A model generated the notes under the pieces. That model searched no databases. It was not told the origin of the DNA and was given only the letters and a program-made list of their open reading frames with translations. Made by a program: the position numbers and the translations under genes. From Octopus bimaculoides (lineage: Eukaryota), in contig NC_068998.1 in the NCBI RefSeq assembly GCF_001194135.2, positions 46,605,235-46,669,234 on the forward strand: a stretch of 64,000 nt of DNA. Reading direction: 5' to 3'. Positions 51,046 through 63,901 of this stretch are shown in pieces (position 1 is the stretch's first letter; every line of letters starts with the position of its first letter).

Positions 51046-52384
51046 ATAATGACAAATACCAAAATTCCTCCTTCCCCAAAATAGGGACAGTTAAGGGGTA
51101 CCTCCCCATCTTTATCAATGAAGAAGCAAAATAGAATTTGTATTCATAGAATTCTTCTCTTTTCATTATTGTTTGAGAAGTTCAAAACAGTTTAAAACCA
51201 TTTAGATTTTATTAAATGCAGCAATATGTCTGTCACCTTGCCTCTGTTAGAAATGATGAATTAGAATAACAGTATAAAAAATAAAAAATAAATGAATAAA
51301 AAACTGATTTAAAAGAAATAATTTAAATAAAGCTTGAGATAAATGATATCTGGACGGATGTACAGAAGTTATAGGAGTCCAATGTCTGCTTTGACAATCT
51401 TCCAGCGATTCCTGGGTAAGCTGGAGCTCTCTGTAAAGCATTTCACCTAGAAGAAGGCTGCTTCAATGTAAATCAAACAGCTTGCTGGTCACCGCAACAT
51501 CTTAGTCTGCTGAGCCCCTGTGCTCTACTCAGTAGAAGCAGGAAGAAAAGTCCTGCAGCAATTGGAGAAGAGATGAAAATGATAGGTACCGGATGGTATT
51601 ATCCATTGCAGCTTCGGCTTTGCATGTAGGCTTTGCTGGTCTTTCTGTTAATCTTCAAACCATGAAGATCTATCATCAACGCAAAGCATTTTTGTATGGA
51701 AAGACAAAAATAAAAAATAAAAATTTTTGAGGAATTAAAACTTTTATTTATTGTAGAAAGAAAATATTAATGTAGCACTACTGGTTTGAGACTCATGGAG
51801 GAAAAGTGAGGTAGTTTCAGTGAAATTGAGAACTAATTAAAAATATTTATGCTTAAAGGAAAATCTGATGTTTTTGTTAGTGGAGTTGGTAACAACAATA
51901 GACATGTTTCTGCTGTAATGAACCTCATCAATAAAGTAAAAACAACATGGATCTGATTGATCAATAGACATGGAGTTTTATTTATAGAAAAAGTTTCACA
52001 AATAATTTGTAAAATGATCCACAATTTCCACAATAAAGACCTCATTGTCATTGTCCTTATGACGATAATGATGATGATGATGATGTTAACAATTGTTTCT
52101 AATTTAAGTACAAGCCCTGCAATTTTTGAGGGGAAAGTGTTAGTCTGTACTATTGACCTAGTACTTGACTGGTATTTTATTGACTCTGAAAGTCAAAGTT
52201 AACCTTGACAGTACTTGAACTCAAAATATAAAGCGCTGGAAGAAATAATGTAAGGCATTTTGTCTGTTGCTCTAACCCTTCTGCCAGTCCACTGCCCTAA
52301 TGATGGCAGCATTTGGTTACAACCTTTCAAAGCTTGCTAGGGTAGTTTGTCTTTCATCCTTTCTGTAATTAATAAATTAAATTA

Positions 52385-52805
52385 TTTCCTGTCAAATACA
52401 ATGAATGACTGTTAAGATTCATAGTACTTAGTCAAATACTGTCAGTGGCTGTCAAATACACAATGCTAACAGTCAAATACTGTCAACAACTGTTGGATAT
52501 TCAATGCTGGCAATCAACTACTGTCAAATACTTAATGCTGACAGTAAAATACTGTCAGTTACTCGATGGCGACAGTCAAATGCTGTCAACTTTTGTTGAA
52601 TACTCAATACTGACAGTCAAATACTGTCAACTACTCAATGCTGACAGTCAACTACTATCAGCTACTGTTCAGTACTCAGTGCTGACAGTCAAATACTGTC
52701 AATGCAGATAGTCAAGTAATGTCAGTGACTGCCAAATACTCAGCACAGTCAATCAAATACTGTCAAATGCTTTGTGCACATAGTCAAATTCTGTCAAATA
52801 CTCGT
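52385..52805. repeat. 31-bp minisatellite with internal TGACAG-N7-CTGTCA inverted pairs
   Basis: Unit tgacagtcaaatactgtcaactactcaatgc (e.g. 52611-52641); degenerate at the edges. Confidence 0.85.
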
Positions 52806-53249
52806 CATAGGCATTCTGCCAATTGTCAACACTAAACTGTCCACCTGAAGTAATATACTGAGTGTTAGTATCAAAAGTAACTCCACCACCACTGGTTTCT
52901 GAAAAACTGACCAATGGCTAGTTGACTAGCATTGGTCGGTTCAGTAGGTCTGCAAAGATTAAATATTACCTGGACATATTATCCAAGAGGGTGAGATGAT
53001 TAGCTTTGTGCCTTGTGTTTTTCAATGTGACAGATGTTAGATATTACATGCAAATACCGACCACAATGGCTGGCAGAATTAGCCCTTTAGCATTCAGATA
53101 ACTCCATCAAATGCAATGCTTATTTATTCATATTGTTTTGAATTAATCATACATTATCTTGCATCAAGATTTTGATGATGTGATTGTTTATTTTTAGAAT
53201 GTATTGTTGAGTTGGTGTAAGAGCCTTTTTATATAGATTTAATAGTCAG

Positions 53250-53545
53250 TAGTATAACTTGTACAATGAAATACTGATCTCACATATTGAGAAAATAGTT
53301 AGTATTACAAATAGTACAATGAAATATTAACCACATATGTATATATAATAATTAGTAATACAACTAGTACAGTAAAATTACTGATCATATATGTAAATAT
53401 AATGTTTAGAAGTATGGTTAGTACAATGAAATACTAAACAACATAGATATAATAGTTTGTAGTACAACTAGTACTGTGTAATACTGACCATGTAAGTAGA
53501 TATAATTGTTTGTAGTACAACTAATACAGTGAAATACTAACCATT
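53250..53545. repeat. AT-rich degenerate minisatellite (about 50-bp unit)
   Basis: tagtacaatgaaatact.a.ca recurs about six times. Confidence 0.7.
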
Positions 53546-55525
53546 TAGATACATAAAATTGTTCTGTTTGTTTCCATTTATTAATGCTTTGGTTTAACAA
53601 ATTACTAAAAAGCTTCCTCAGTCTATCAATGGAATGGTAAATGAAGATTTTTTTATCAATGATCATTGTATATGTTTGCTAAATTCCTAAACTAAAATTA
53701 TTTTTTCAAAATAATAAAATACTAACTACTTGCCAGAAAAAAATGTGTGGGGTTTGTCCCTTCTGTTTTCATGGATTAAGTTCCTTTCTTTATTTTCACC
53801 TATCATTCCCATGGTAACGAGCCTCACTTTTTGGTAAGCATAAGAATCTTTTAACATCTTTTATCGACTTATTTTTGACAAAAAAGAAAAAAAAACCAAG
53901 AAAAAAGGCGATAATTGACACTTTTTCTATTCATCTGTCTGTGTGTCTCCTCCTTGTTCTTTTCTCTGTGTTGTAAATATTCCAACACCCAATGGAATCA
54001 ATTTTGGTTTTCTGTTTTTTTCTTTAGTGAGGTTTTGTATTATCTTTTTGTTGTTCTTGTTCCTTTTTTGTTGTTCTTCTTGTCCAAGTCTGTTTTCTTT
54101 GATTGTATAATTATTGTTGTTTTTTTATTATTTCGAATTATTATTAATTAATTGAAAGGGATTAGTGAAGTTGGGTAGAAATCGTAGAGTGCTGAATTAA
54201 GCNNNNNNNNNNATTAACAACTGATTTGTGCCAGGTAATTTGGGTTTCCTGAACCTTCATCAAACAACAAATAGTAATAACAAAAAAAAAAAAAAAGAAA
54301 TAATAATGATTATGACGATGATGATGACCGTCTGTGCTGTAGATAGAGAAAAAAGAATGCTTGCAGTGGTTAAAAATGTCCAAGAAGTTACTGAAACAGT
54401 AAGAGAATTTAGGAGCTGAAGGAAGAACTACAGAACAAATAGCTGGAAAGAAAAGGGTATTATTTGGCCAATTCTTGCAACAGACTGTGCTGGGGTTGTA
54501 TTCAACATTGGACCTATGTGCAGAGGGGACAGCAGCTGTCCCAGTCAAACTGAGAGGCTGCCTCCATCCTCTGTGGCTATCACCAGGATCTACAAACAAG
54601 ATTGGAGGGAGAAAGATAGGGAGAATAGAACATCACCTCCAGACTGCTTGTCACACAGCAACACATTCAATTAACCACTGCATGTTAGAATGTACAGTTA
54701 TATAGTCGTCAACAAAGTGGAGGAGACACAGGTCATCCGGTGCTATTGATCCATGGAACAAACCTAGTTGTTCGGTTGATTGTGTACCTGCCTGCATGCT
54801 GATATGGTTTTCTCAGTTACTCCTGACCTGGGGCTAAAACAACTACAACAGCAACAACAACAACAACAAATACTACATCCTGTTTGTCTAAGACTCCGAA
54901 AGGTAACTTTGCATGTCGACTCATCATAAAATATTGGACTGTTTCGTTTTGCGAGCTGCTTTTTTTTTTTTTTAAAGTTTTTATTTCCTAAATTCCCCAA
55001 AATTTCAGTTTGTTTTTAGGTAAAAATAAATAAGTTTTTATTTTATTTTATTTATTTTATTTTCGTTAAAATTCCTTTTTAAATCTCTATATGTCAGTAT
55101 GCATGTGTGCATTGCATTTCTACCTGTTTGTCTGCCTGCCTGCCTGCCTGTATTGCATGTCTGCATGGTTGTATATCTGTGTGGCTATATGCCTGCATGG
55201 GTGTATAATATGCAATACTTCTTCTTTGTCATCATTCACGGCTTCTGCCTTCCTCACCAGATATTTCTGTTTCAAAACCAACTGTACCAATTCCATTTCT
55301 GCTGCTGCTGCTGTTATTATTTTGCATTGTTTTGGTCCCATGAAAGAGTGTCTGCCCATAGCCTTCACAGTAGCCACACACACACCCATCCTTCCCCTTC
55401 CATGAGTAACCTATGTTTCTATCATTTTCTGAAAGGCCGAATAAATAAAGTTAGGACTACAACACTATACACAATTATATACACCATATTATACACCACT
55501 ATATATGCCATGATACAGTATTATA

Positions 55526-55710
55526 CATGAGGGTGTTGAAAAGTTCCTGATTTTGGGTAAAAGAAAATACAAGAGGATCATTTAAATTATTATTTGATTC
55601 AACATAATCCCTTCTCAGATTCACATACATATTGCAGCAGTCCTTCAGTTTTTCTAAGTCCTGTAAAAGAACTTGGAAGGGTGGGTCTCCAACCAGGCCT
55701 TTCATGATAC
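55526..55710 (-). mobile_element. Mariner 3' terminal fragment running into a gap
   Basis: TA-catgagggtgttgaaaagttcc terminus; minus strand LEKLKDCCNMYVNLRRDYVE; same family as 15046-15183. Confidence 0.75.
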
Positions 55711-57579
55711 NNNNNNNNNNNNNNNNNNNNNNNNNNNNNNNNNNNNNNNNNNNNNNNNNNNNNNNNNNNNNNNNNNNNNNNNNNNNNNNNNNNNNNNNNN
55801 NNNNNNNNNNNNNNNNNNNNNNNNNNNNNNNNNNNNNNNNNNNNNNNNNNNNNNNNNNNNNNNNNNNNNNNNNNNNNNNNNNNNNNNNNNNNNNNNNNNN
55901 NNNNNNNNNNNNNNNNNNNNNNNNNNNNNNNNNNNNNNNNNNNNNNNNNNNNNNNNNNNNNNNNNNNNNNNNNNNNNNNNNNNNNNNNNNNNNNNNNNNN
56001 NNNNNNNNNNNNNNNNNNNNNNNNNNNNNNNNNNNNNNNNNNNNNNNNNNNNNNNNNNNNNNNNNNNNNNNNNNNNNNNNNNNNNNNNNNNNNNNNNNNN
56101 NNNNNNNNNNNNNNNNNNNNNNNNNNNNNNNNNNNNNNNNNNNNNNNNNNNNNNNNNNNNNNNNNNNNNNNNNNNNNNNNNNNNNNNNNNNNNNNNNNNN
56201 NNNNNNNNNNNNNNNNNNNNNNNNNNNNNNNNNNNNNNNNNNNNNNNNNNNNNNNNNNNNNNNNNNNNNNNNNNNNNNNNNNNNNNNNNNNNNNNNNNNN
56301 NNNNNNNNNNNNNNNNNNNNNNNNNNNNNNNNNNNNNNNNNNNNNNNNNNNNNNNNNNNNNNNNNNNNNNNNNNNNNNNNNNNNNNNNNNNNNNNNNNNN
56401 NNNNNNNNNNNNNNNNNNNNNNNNNNNNNNNNNNNNNNNNNNNNNNNNNNNNNNNNNNNNNNNNNNNNNNNNNNNNNNNNNNNNNNNNNNNNNNNNNNNN
56501 NNNNNNNNNNNNNNNNNNNNNNNNNNNNNNNNNNNNNNNNNNNNNNNNNNNNNNNNNNNNNNNNNNNNNNNNNNNNNNNNNNNNNNNNNCTTTCTCTTCT
56601 CCGTCTCTTACTCCCCCTCTCTCTTACCCAACCACACTTTACCCTTTCACTTTCCTCTCCCATTGTCTCCTCTTGCTCTCTCTCTCACACTCTGTCCTCT
56701 CTTTTCCTCCTCCTCCCCTCCCCCTCCCCCTTTCCATCTAGAGTGGCCATGTATCTCCTCTTCAGCAAGACGCCTGTCTCTATTCCTCTGTCAAACTCTT
56801 ACCTTTCACCACCTGGCATAAAGTGACCTCCCTCAATACCACTTCCATTCAAGTGGTCTTTCTCTTGCAATCACTTGGTGACCTCACTGGTGCTGGTGCC
56901 ACATATAAAACGTGGCAGTGCATTTTGCAAATTGGTTGGCATTAGGAATGGCATCCAGCCATAGAAACTATGCCAAAACATACTGTAGATCCTGGCACTG
57001 TCCTTTGACTCACTGATTCCTGTCAACCCATCCAACCCAGGCCAGAATGGAAAGTGGATGGTAAAAGATGATAATGATGATGATGACAACAAGCTAAAAA
57101 GTATAGTTGACTCTAGCTAGATTTGAACTCACAGTATGCTTTATTTGGTGCTATAGCAATGCCACTCTCACCACCCCTCTTTTGCTGTTAATTGTTATTG
57201 GAGTTCCTGTAACTATGGCAACTACTGTTGAAACTCTATCATATGTTGACCCCCTCCCCTTCTGTTAGCTGCAGAACTTTTTGTGTCTCCACAACTCTAA
57301 GTCTGATCAGTAAAATCAATTTGTAGTAGTTCAAAAGACCTCTGGGTGTTCTGGGTATTGATATCGTACACACCAATATGTCCACACTACCTTACCACCT
57401 CTCCTGTTAGCGGAGTGAATGGTATAGTCCTCAGAGTAATCAGTGAATCATAGTCTGTTCTTTAGTTGATTTCTTGTGTTCCATAGGACTACTGGATCAA
57501 TGCTGGCCCTGGGCTATACAACAACAGCAACAGCAACAATAGTAACAGCTAACACATCTGTATCATTGGAGAATTATGA

Positions 57580-58010
57580 TCTTTTCTACTCTAGACACAA
57601 GGCCCGAAATTTTTTGGGAGAGGGCCAGTTGATTAGATCGCCCAGTATGCAACTGGTACTTAATTTATCGACTCCAAAAGGATGAAAGGCAAAGTCGACC
57701 TCGGTTGAATTTGAACTTAGAACGTAAAGACAGATGAAATACCGCTAAGCATTTTACCCGGCATGCTAACGTTTCTTATTTCTTTATTGCCCACAAGGGG
57801 CTAAACATAGAGGGGACAAACTAGGACAGACAAAGGGATTAAGTCAATTACATTGACCACCAGTGCGTAACTGGTACTTAATTTATCGACCCCAAAAGGA
57901 TGAAAAGCAAAGTTGACCTCAGTGGAATTTGAACTCAGAACGTAACAATGGACGAAATACTGCTAAGCATTTCGCCCGGCATGCTAACGTTTCAGCCAGC
58001 TTGCTGCCTT
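57580..58010 (-). mobile_element. Two tandem SINE family A copies (tail types 1 and 2)
   Basis: Body repeated at about 57650-57770 and 57860-58010 with different tails. Confidence 0.85.
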
Positions 58011-58211
58011 ATTGGAGGATTATAATAAACGACTGGCCATTTGACATAGGAATCTTAGGTTCAAATCATATTGTGAGGATTGTATTGTTTCCCTGAGCAA
58101 GGTATCTTATCCCTATTTGTCAAAACTTCTCAAAGGTTTCATGTTGATGGTGGAAATGTTTGGGGTTTTGTTTTCCCGTTTTTGTTTAATTCTGCATCTG
58201 TAAGCTTGTGA

Positions 58212-58472
58212 CTCGATCATGTGACTTGATCATGTGACTGATACATGTGACCTTGTCATACAGCCTGGTACTTGTGATCTGACCATGTAACCGGTACTTG
58301 TAGCCTGATACATATAACCGATTACACATGACCTGATCATGTGGCCTGATCATGTGACTGATATGTGTGACCAAGTACCTATTACTTGATCAGGTATCTG
58401 ATATACACAGTTGTATGATCAGTACACATGACCTGGTCACGTGACCTGGTCATGTGACCGACGCATGTGAAC
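58212..58472. repeat. Degenerate ~12-13-bp tandem repeat rich in CATGTG/CACGTG E-boxes
   Basis: tgatcatgtgac units, with about 10 E-box cores by manual count, including GTCACGTGAC at 58436-58445. Confidence 0.8.
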
Positions 58473-58603
58473 TAATACACAAGATATACATTGATGGTAG
58501 AGCACAAATGTGTTGCTGTAATTGTTGTTCATAGAGCAAGTTTCTAGAATTTTCTCATCTGAATCTTTTGTTTGTATTAATTATTTTTCTTATTCTTTTT
58601 CAG

Positions 58604-60025
58604 ACGTTTCAGTGACACGGCAGAATGTGGTGGAGATGAAATGAGCACATTTACAGGGGAAACCAGTGATCGAGACTCATTAAACACAGAATTGTTCAAA
58701 CTCGATGCTCTCGTGCATCGACGGAATCTGATGGCACGAACCTTTAACCCTGACAACACGTCGTCCAGCAGTGTTGAGTCCAGCAACTTTTACCCTAAGA
58801 CAGATATGTCGTTTTATGATCCTGATATGGTGCTGTCTTGCAGACAATTCAAACAAGATGATGAGGTGTCATCACTGTACTCTCTCGATGAAGATGGTTT
58901 CTACACATCATTCCACAGTGACAGTGGCTTGAAGGCAATGAGAACCATGTCTAAAAATAGAATGTCAGAACTGTCAGAGATCTATTCCAAGTTCATAGGT
59001 AGATCGAAACGCCAGACATTCAGCGAAGCAACAGACAGGAATCACATTATGGAAGATATATGTGACCAGGAACTGGAAGCAGAAATGAGAGAGGAACGAG
59101 ATCAAACGCCAACAAGGGAGATGAACCCACCACGTCGCCTTTCTAGCCCAACAGAGAGTGAAACCAGTGACTCAACACTTACCAATACTTCCAATAGGAA
59201 TTCTTTGGTCACTGGCGCCAGTGAATCAAATTACTCAGAGTCTGACCATGAGATTATCTACAAACATATAAAGAACATGACTGTTATTTCTCCGAAATCT
59301 TTTCCTTCCTGGTGCATTGTTTCATCATCTGGGAGTGATGAAGATTCTTCAAATCAGCTTCATGTTGGTCAGAAAACAGGAAGTGATAGTTCCTCGTCAG
59401 GCAGCAGTCTTGTTGCCGAAGCCACTGCTTCAGACACAAAAGATTCCGATGATGGAGGGAACACGCTTCCTCGAAATTATTTAGCATCTGAGAAATGGAA
59501 CGTGAACCAAGACAAAACAGGATCTTGGCCACGGACCCATAATAGTTCCAATGATGGCAAGAAACAAGGCATTTTGAAATCTTCATTCCGCAAAGATTCT
59601 AGTTCCAAAGCAAAGATGCCAAAGTCTCTGAATTTCTCTCCATATGTCAACATGCTTCCAGCCGATGATCTTCAGACTCAGCAGTGTCTCTTGTCTGATC
59701 TTTCTGTTACAAATAAGCATTATTCTTCATTGCCAGAACACAATTCTTTCACATCTACATCTTCCGCATCTTCTACATCCAGTAGCACAACTATTTGTAA
59801 CGATGACACTAGTACTGTTGTAACAATGTCTGATAGTGACTTTGACTTTCTTCCAAGATATCCGGCACCGGTATCCAGCACAGCTCATCAGAAATGTTTC
59901 ACTATTGAAAGGGAACCCAGCACTAATGCCATCCATAATGAGACTTTGGTTTCATGCCAGAAGAACAATTCTTTAGAACCTCTAACAAACTCTGTCATTA
60001 TTCGAAAACCTCTGGCTCAGCTTGC

Positions 60026-60063
<38 letters not shown>

Positions 60064-61709
60064 TTCAATTTGGTGCTGTTAATGAAGAGATCAATGTGAA
60101 TGCAATCATGCATAGCAACTCCAGTTTGAAGCAGCAACTCCCATCACCTGATTTGAGTCCACCATCAACTCCTTATGCCGTGTCCTTCATTCCAAATGCT
60201 TTCACATCCTTTCCCAGTGCCAAAGACCACGTTTCCCAGAATTCCACGTCTTTTGCTTTCAATAAACCTGATTTGCAAAAGTTACCAGTCAGTGAAACTG
60301 TGGTTATTAACACTAATAATAATAATAATAATAATAATAATGATAATAGTAATAGCAACAACAGCAGCCAAAACAACAACAACAACAACATTGGTTTAAC
60401 TGTGGAAAATAGTAGCAAAAGATTATCGTTTTCTACATTTACCATACCGCCATCGGGTCAGGAAGCCAGTGAGAAGACAAGTCCTACCGATAATATACTT
60501 GCTGGGAACTTCAGCAAAAAACTTAATTTGCTGCCAGATACAAACCAATCTGACTCAGTTTCCGATCACTCAAAGCCAGAATCCAGTGATTCCAGCAGCA
60601 AGTATAACCCTAGGAATGGTTCCTATCGTGTTGCCATGTACGAACAGCCTGAGGAAGAGCCGAAACGGTTGGATTCTTACAGACTGGCCATTTCAGCATC
60701 CAATAAACTAACCGATGACCCAGTCACCCGGAATGGTTCTTATCGTGTCGCAGTACAAGACATCAATCAGAACAACAACAACAGCAACAATATAGAACCT
60801 ACCAGCAGGTCTGATTCTTATCGTGTTGCCATGAAGGTGGAAGCGAGTGATCGGCGCAGTAAATCACTCAGTAAAGATATTCGTAGACAAGGCATTACTG
60901 ACATCAATCAATTGAAGATGGATGGTAACCAGCAGTATGATAATTTTATAAGTTCTCCTGTACAAAAGTCTACAAGTTTCAGATCAAAGATGACTAGTGT
61001 GTTTGGTGGTAGCAAACCTGATTCTCAGCTCTTAACCAAACCACAAAACTCAAAGAAAAAATATCCAAAAGGCAACACTTATTTGTCTGAAAGTACTTCT
61101 CTGTCCACCTTGAAGAATTTGGGCAAAAAATCATCATCTTTGCCAAACCAAAGTACTGATCTACATACTTTCAAAAAACTTGTCTCTCAACAAACTCCAT
61201 CGTCATCTCCAAAAACCTCAGCTGTTGAAGTATTGAAGCGAAAACCTTCACCTCCTTTCTCTAAAGACGTATCGTCAGAAAGTGGTAACAGAAGTATTCT
61301 TGGAGGGTTGTTCCAGAGACCGTCATCATGGGGTGGAACCAGTAAAGTAAATCCCAAGATGTCAACTTACGTCAGTTTTGACACAATCTTTGAAGACAAA
61401 GAAATCCTCTCCAATGCCTCTTCGATAGAATCGCTGAGGTCACCTTCTCTCACATCAATTAAAAAAATTGGTGACCCAAGCAACTTACACACGGTCAAAT
61501 TTAACCATGGGTTAAAAGCTGATCGCAAATCTTTGCTGGAAGTAAATAAACATCTGTCGGAAGAGGAGAAGAGAAATCGAAAGAAGCGTTTGGCAGGTAC
61601 TGTAGATGAAAAAGCCGTCCAGTCGGTGCTGGACAGTATCAAGACAACCATAAAATCTATGACTTCAAGGTCAGACTCCTCTTATAAACAACATTCTTCA
61701 GCAACTTGA
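58604..61709 (+). CDS. NHSL1: NHS-family / GUK-holder-like protein, giant 3106-nt exon (apparently terminal)
   Basis: Acceptor ttctttttcag|A (phase 2, giving EYR-RFSD), in frame with the 1022-aa ORF 58641-61709. Contains SLYSLDEDGFYTSFHSDSGL (58872-58931), matching the recalled NHS/NHSL/Gukh S-x-Y-S-x-D-x-x-G-Y-Y-T-S-M-H-x-D-x-G-L motif. S/N-rich disordered composition. Confidence 0.93.
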
Positions 61710-62654
61710 TGTGTTTAAGAATCCAGGTTTTTAAAAAAAATTTTTTTCTGTCCTGAAAGAAAGATCTAAAGAAGATCTTAGTTCCTTCTAATGAAGGCCT
61801 AACGGGAATAATTTCTTCATTAAAAGAAGAAACTAGAGAGGTATTTCTATGGTAAAGACACATCTAGAAAGATCCAAAGACGGTTTGTTTTTCTTCTTGC
61901 TCCATTGTTTGTTGCTTCCAGAAAGAAAGATCTTTCCAGAAGATGTGCTCCCCCGTCTGCCCACCTCCCTCTTCATTAACCTGTCGTGCATGTCTTTTAA
62001 CAATCGCCGCCACCTTTACCACCATCACTCTCATCGTCACTGCCACTATCACCATCCTCATCCCTATCATCATCATCATAATCATCATCTCAAATTTGAT
62101 TCAGTCTCGGTGCTGAATTCAAAGAATAGCCAAAATACCGTCCCACTCCATCCTGTCTTTGATCCACCCAGAGTGACAATATTTTCACAATAGTGAAGAC
62201 TCACTCTTTTATTTGAGTCATTGAAGACCCTACAATCAATGTGGGCTCCTGGTGAGCAAATTCATTGATATGGTTTCAATTCTCACTTGAAGCACAACGT
62301 TCTTTTTTTTTTTTGAGTTCATTAATGTCATTTAATGCTCTTAGGCAGGGCATGAGCACCTCATAATCTTCTTTCCCTCTGTAAACCCAAAGCTCTTGTA
62401 ACCTATAATATATAACAGAACCAATGCTTTACATATCATTTCTGCTCTCTCTCCCTGAATTCTGTGCACTGGGGTTGCAGTTTTTGTTTGGGGCAAATTC
62501 ACTTCTCTTCCACTAACACTCTTAGGGAAAAGCATGAACATCACAAGTCTAGCAGCATTCCTTCTCTCTGTCTATCATTGTCCATTTGATAAAAGGGAAA
62601 CAAAACACATTAAGTCTCTGAGCTTTAGCTAAAATGAAGATGAAACAAGTAAAA

Positions 62655-62696
<42 letters not shown>

Positions 62697-63901
62697 GTGT
62701 GTGTAAGTCATCTAAGAATCCACAAGTCTGGAAAAGAGAGCAGTTGCTATATTTCATTCCATAATGGCTACCTCTGATGAGCACAGGGTTACATAATCGG
62801 ATTGTTACCTAACACTCTGTTGAATCCCTAGCATGAAACCAATTGGTAAGATTGGCCGTAGTGGATATATAATAGTGTACACTTTCAGATGATAATACAC
62901 ACACACACACACACACATACACAATTTCAGTGTATTTTTACCATAGAGCAAGTAATTGTAGCATAATGTCCTTGGTCACACACACAGTAGTGCATCTAAG
63001 AACAGTAATAGCAATTTGAAGGTACCACCTCAGTGCACTAGTTGTGGATAGCTGGCACCTACATTACACCAGCAACAGCAGCAAATGCTGTGTGACAAAT
63101 GTAATAATGATAATATAAAAATAATAATAATAATAATAATAAGCCTGGTGTATCCTTATCAGCCGAGTAGTTATGCATTTATTGGGCTTCGTATATATGT
63201 ACCCCAGTGTCACTGTGATGGCATGTGCTGCTCTCTCACTCAATAATAATGATAATAATAATGATAATGAAGCTGGTAGATGAACTACAAAAGTGTCTTC
63301 TACATGATTGCTTGTCCCCAAAAGTAGGATTTAAAAGACAGTTTATTGTCAGAAACCTGGGACCAGACCTTCTAGCATGACCCTCACTCCTAAGCCACAG
63401 ATTTATCTTTGAGTTTCTGTGGTTGCTCAGTTTCCTAGAACAAGCAGTCAAATCTCCCTCCAGTTACATCATAGGCATTAAATGATGTAGACTTATGTAG
63501 CTGAACAGACTGAATGATCATCACAGGAATGCCTTTCATCACCAGGTTGACCAGATCAGGGCTGAACTGGGGTTAAAACATCTTTAATGATTGATTGGTC
63601 AACAACAGCAGTGGTGGTGGTGGTGGTGGTGGTGGTGATGGTGATGGTGTGGTCATGGTGTGGTCATCTTCCATCTGGGAAAAACAAATTGTTCCAACAA
63701 AAACAAAAACAAACAAGTGTTATTATTTTCTTATTTATTTTTATTTGGTTATTTCTTTGATTCAGTTCCGGTTCACCTGACCTCCCCAATGTTTTGTTGT
63801 AAAGTCCTAGAGATGATAATATGGACTGAGGCATAAATATGTACACCTACCTTTGTCAAACACTATGACATATAAGTATATATACATATATATAAACATA
63901 T

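Noticed and set aside
52385-53545. CRISPR-like repeat-spacer arrays
   Set aside because: The units are degenerate and contiguous without unique spacers, there are no cas genes, and the context is a eukaryotic intron.
54162-54760. Unique GC-richer intronic block as an extra exon
   Set aside because: The flanking exons already join in phase (2 to 2), and I found no convincing acceptor-donor pair with a plausible peptide. A regulatory role cannot be judged from sequence alone.
59284-61651. Antisense and alternate-frame ORFs over the giant exon (59284-59586, 60173-60445, 60469-60711, 61367-61651)
   Set aside because: These are short shadow ORFs of the main coding frame with no independent motif or splice support.
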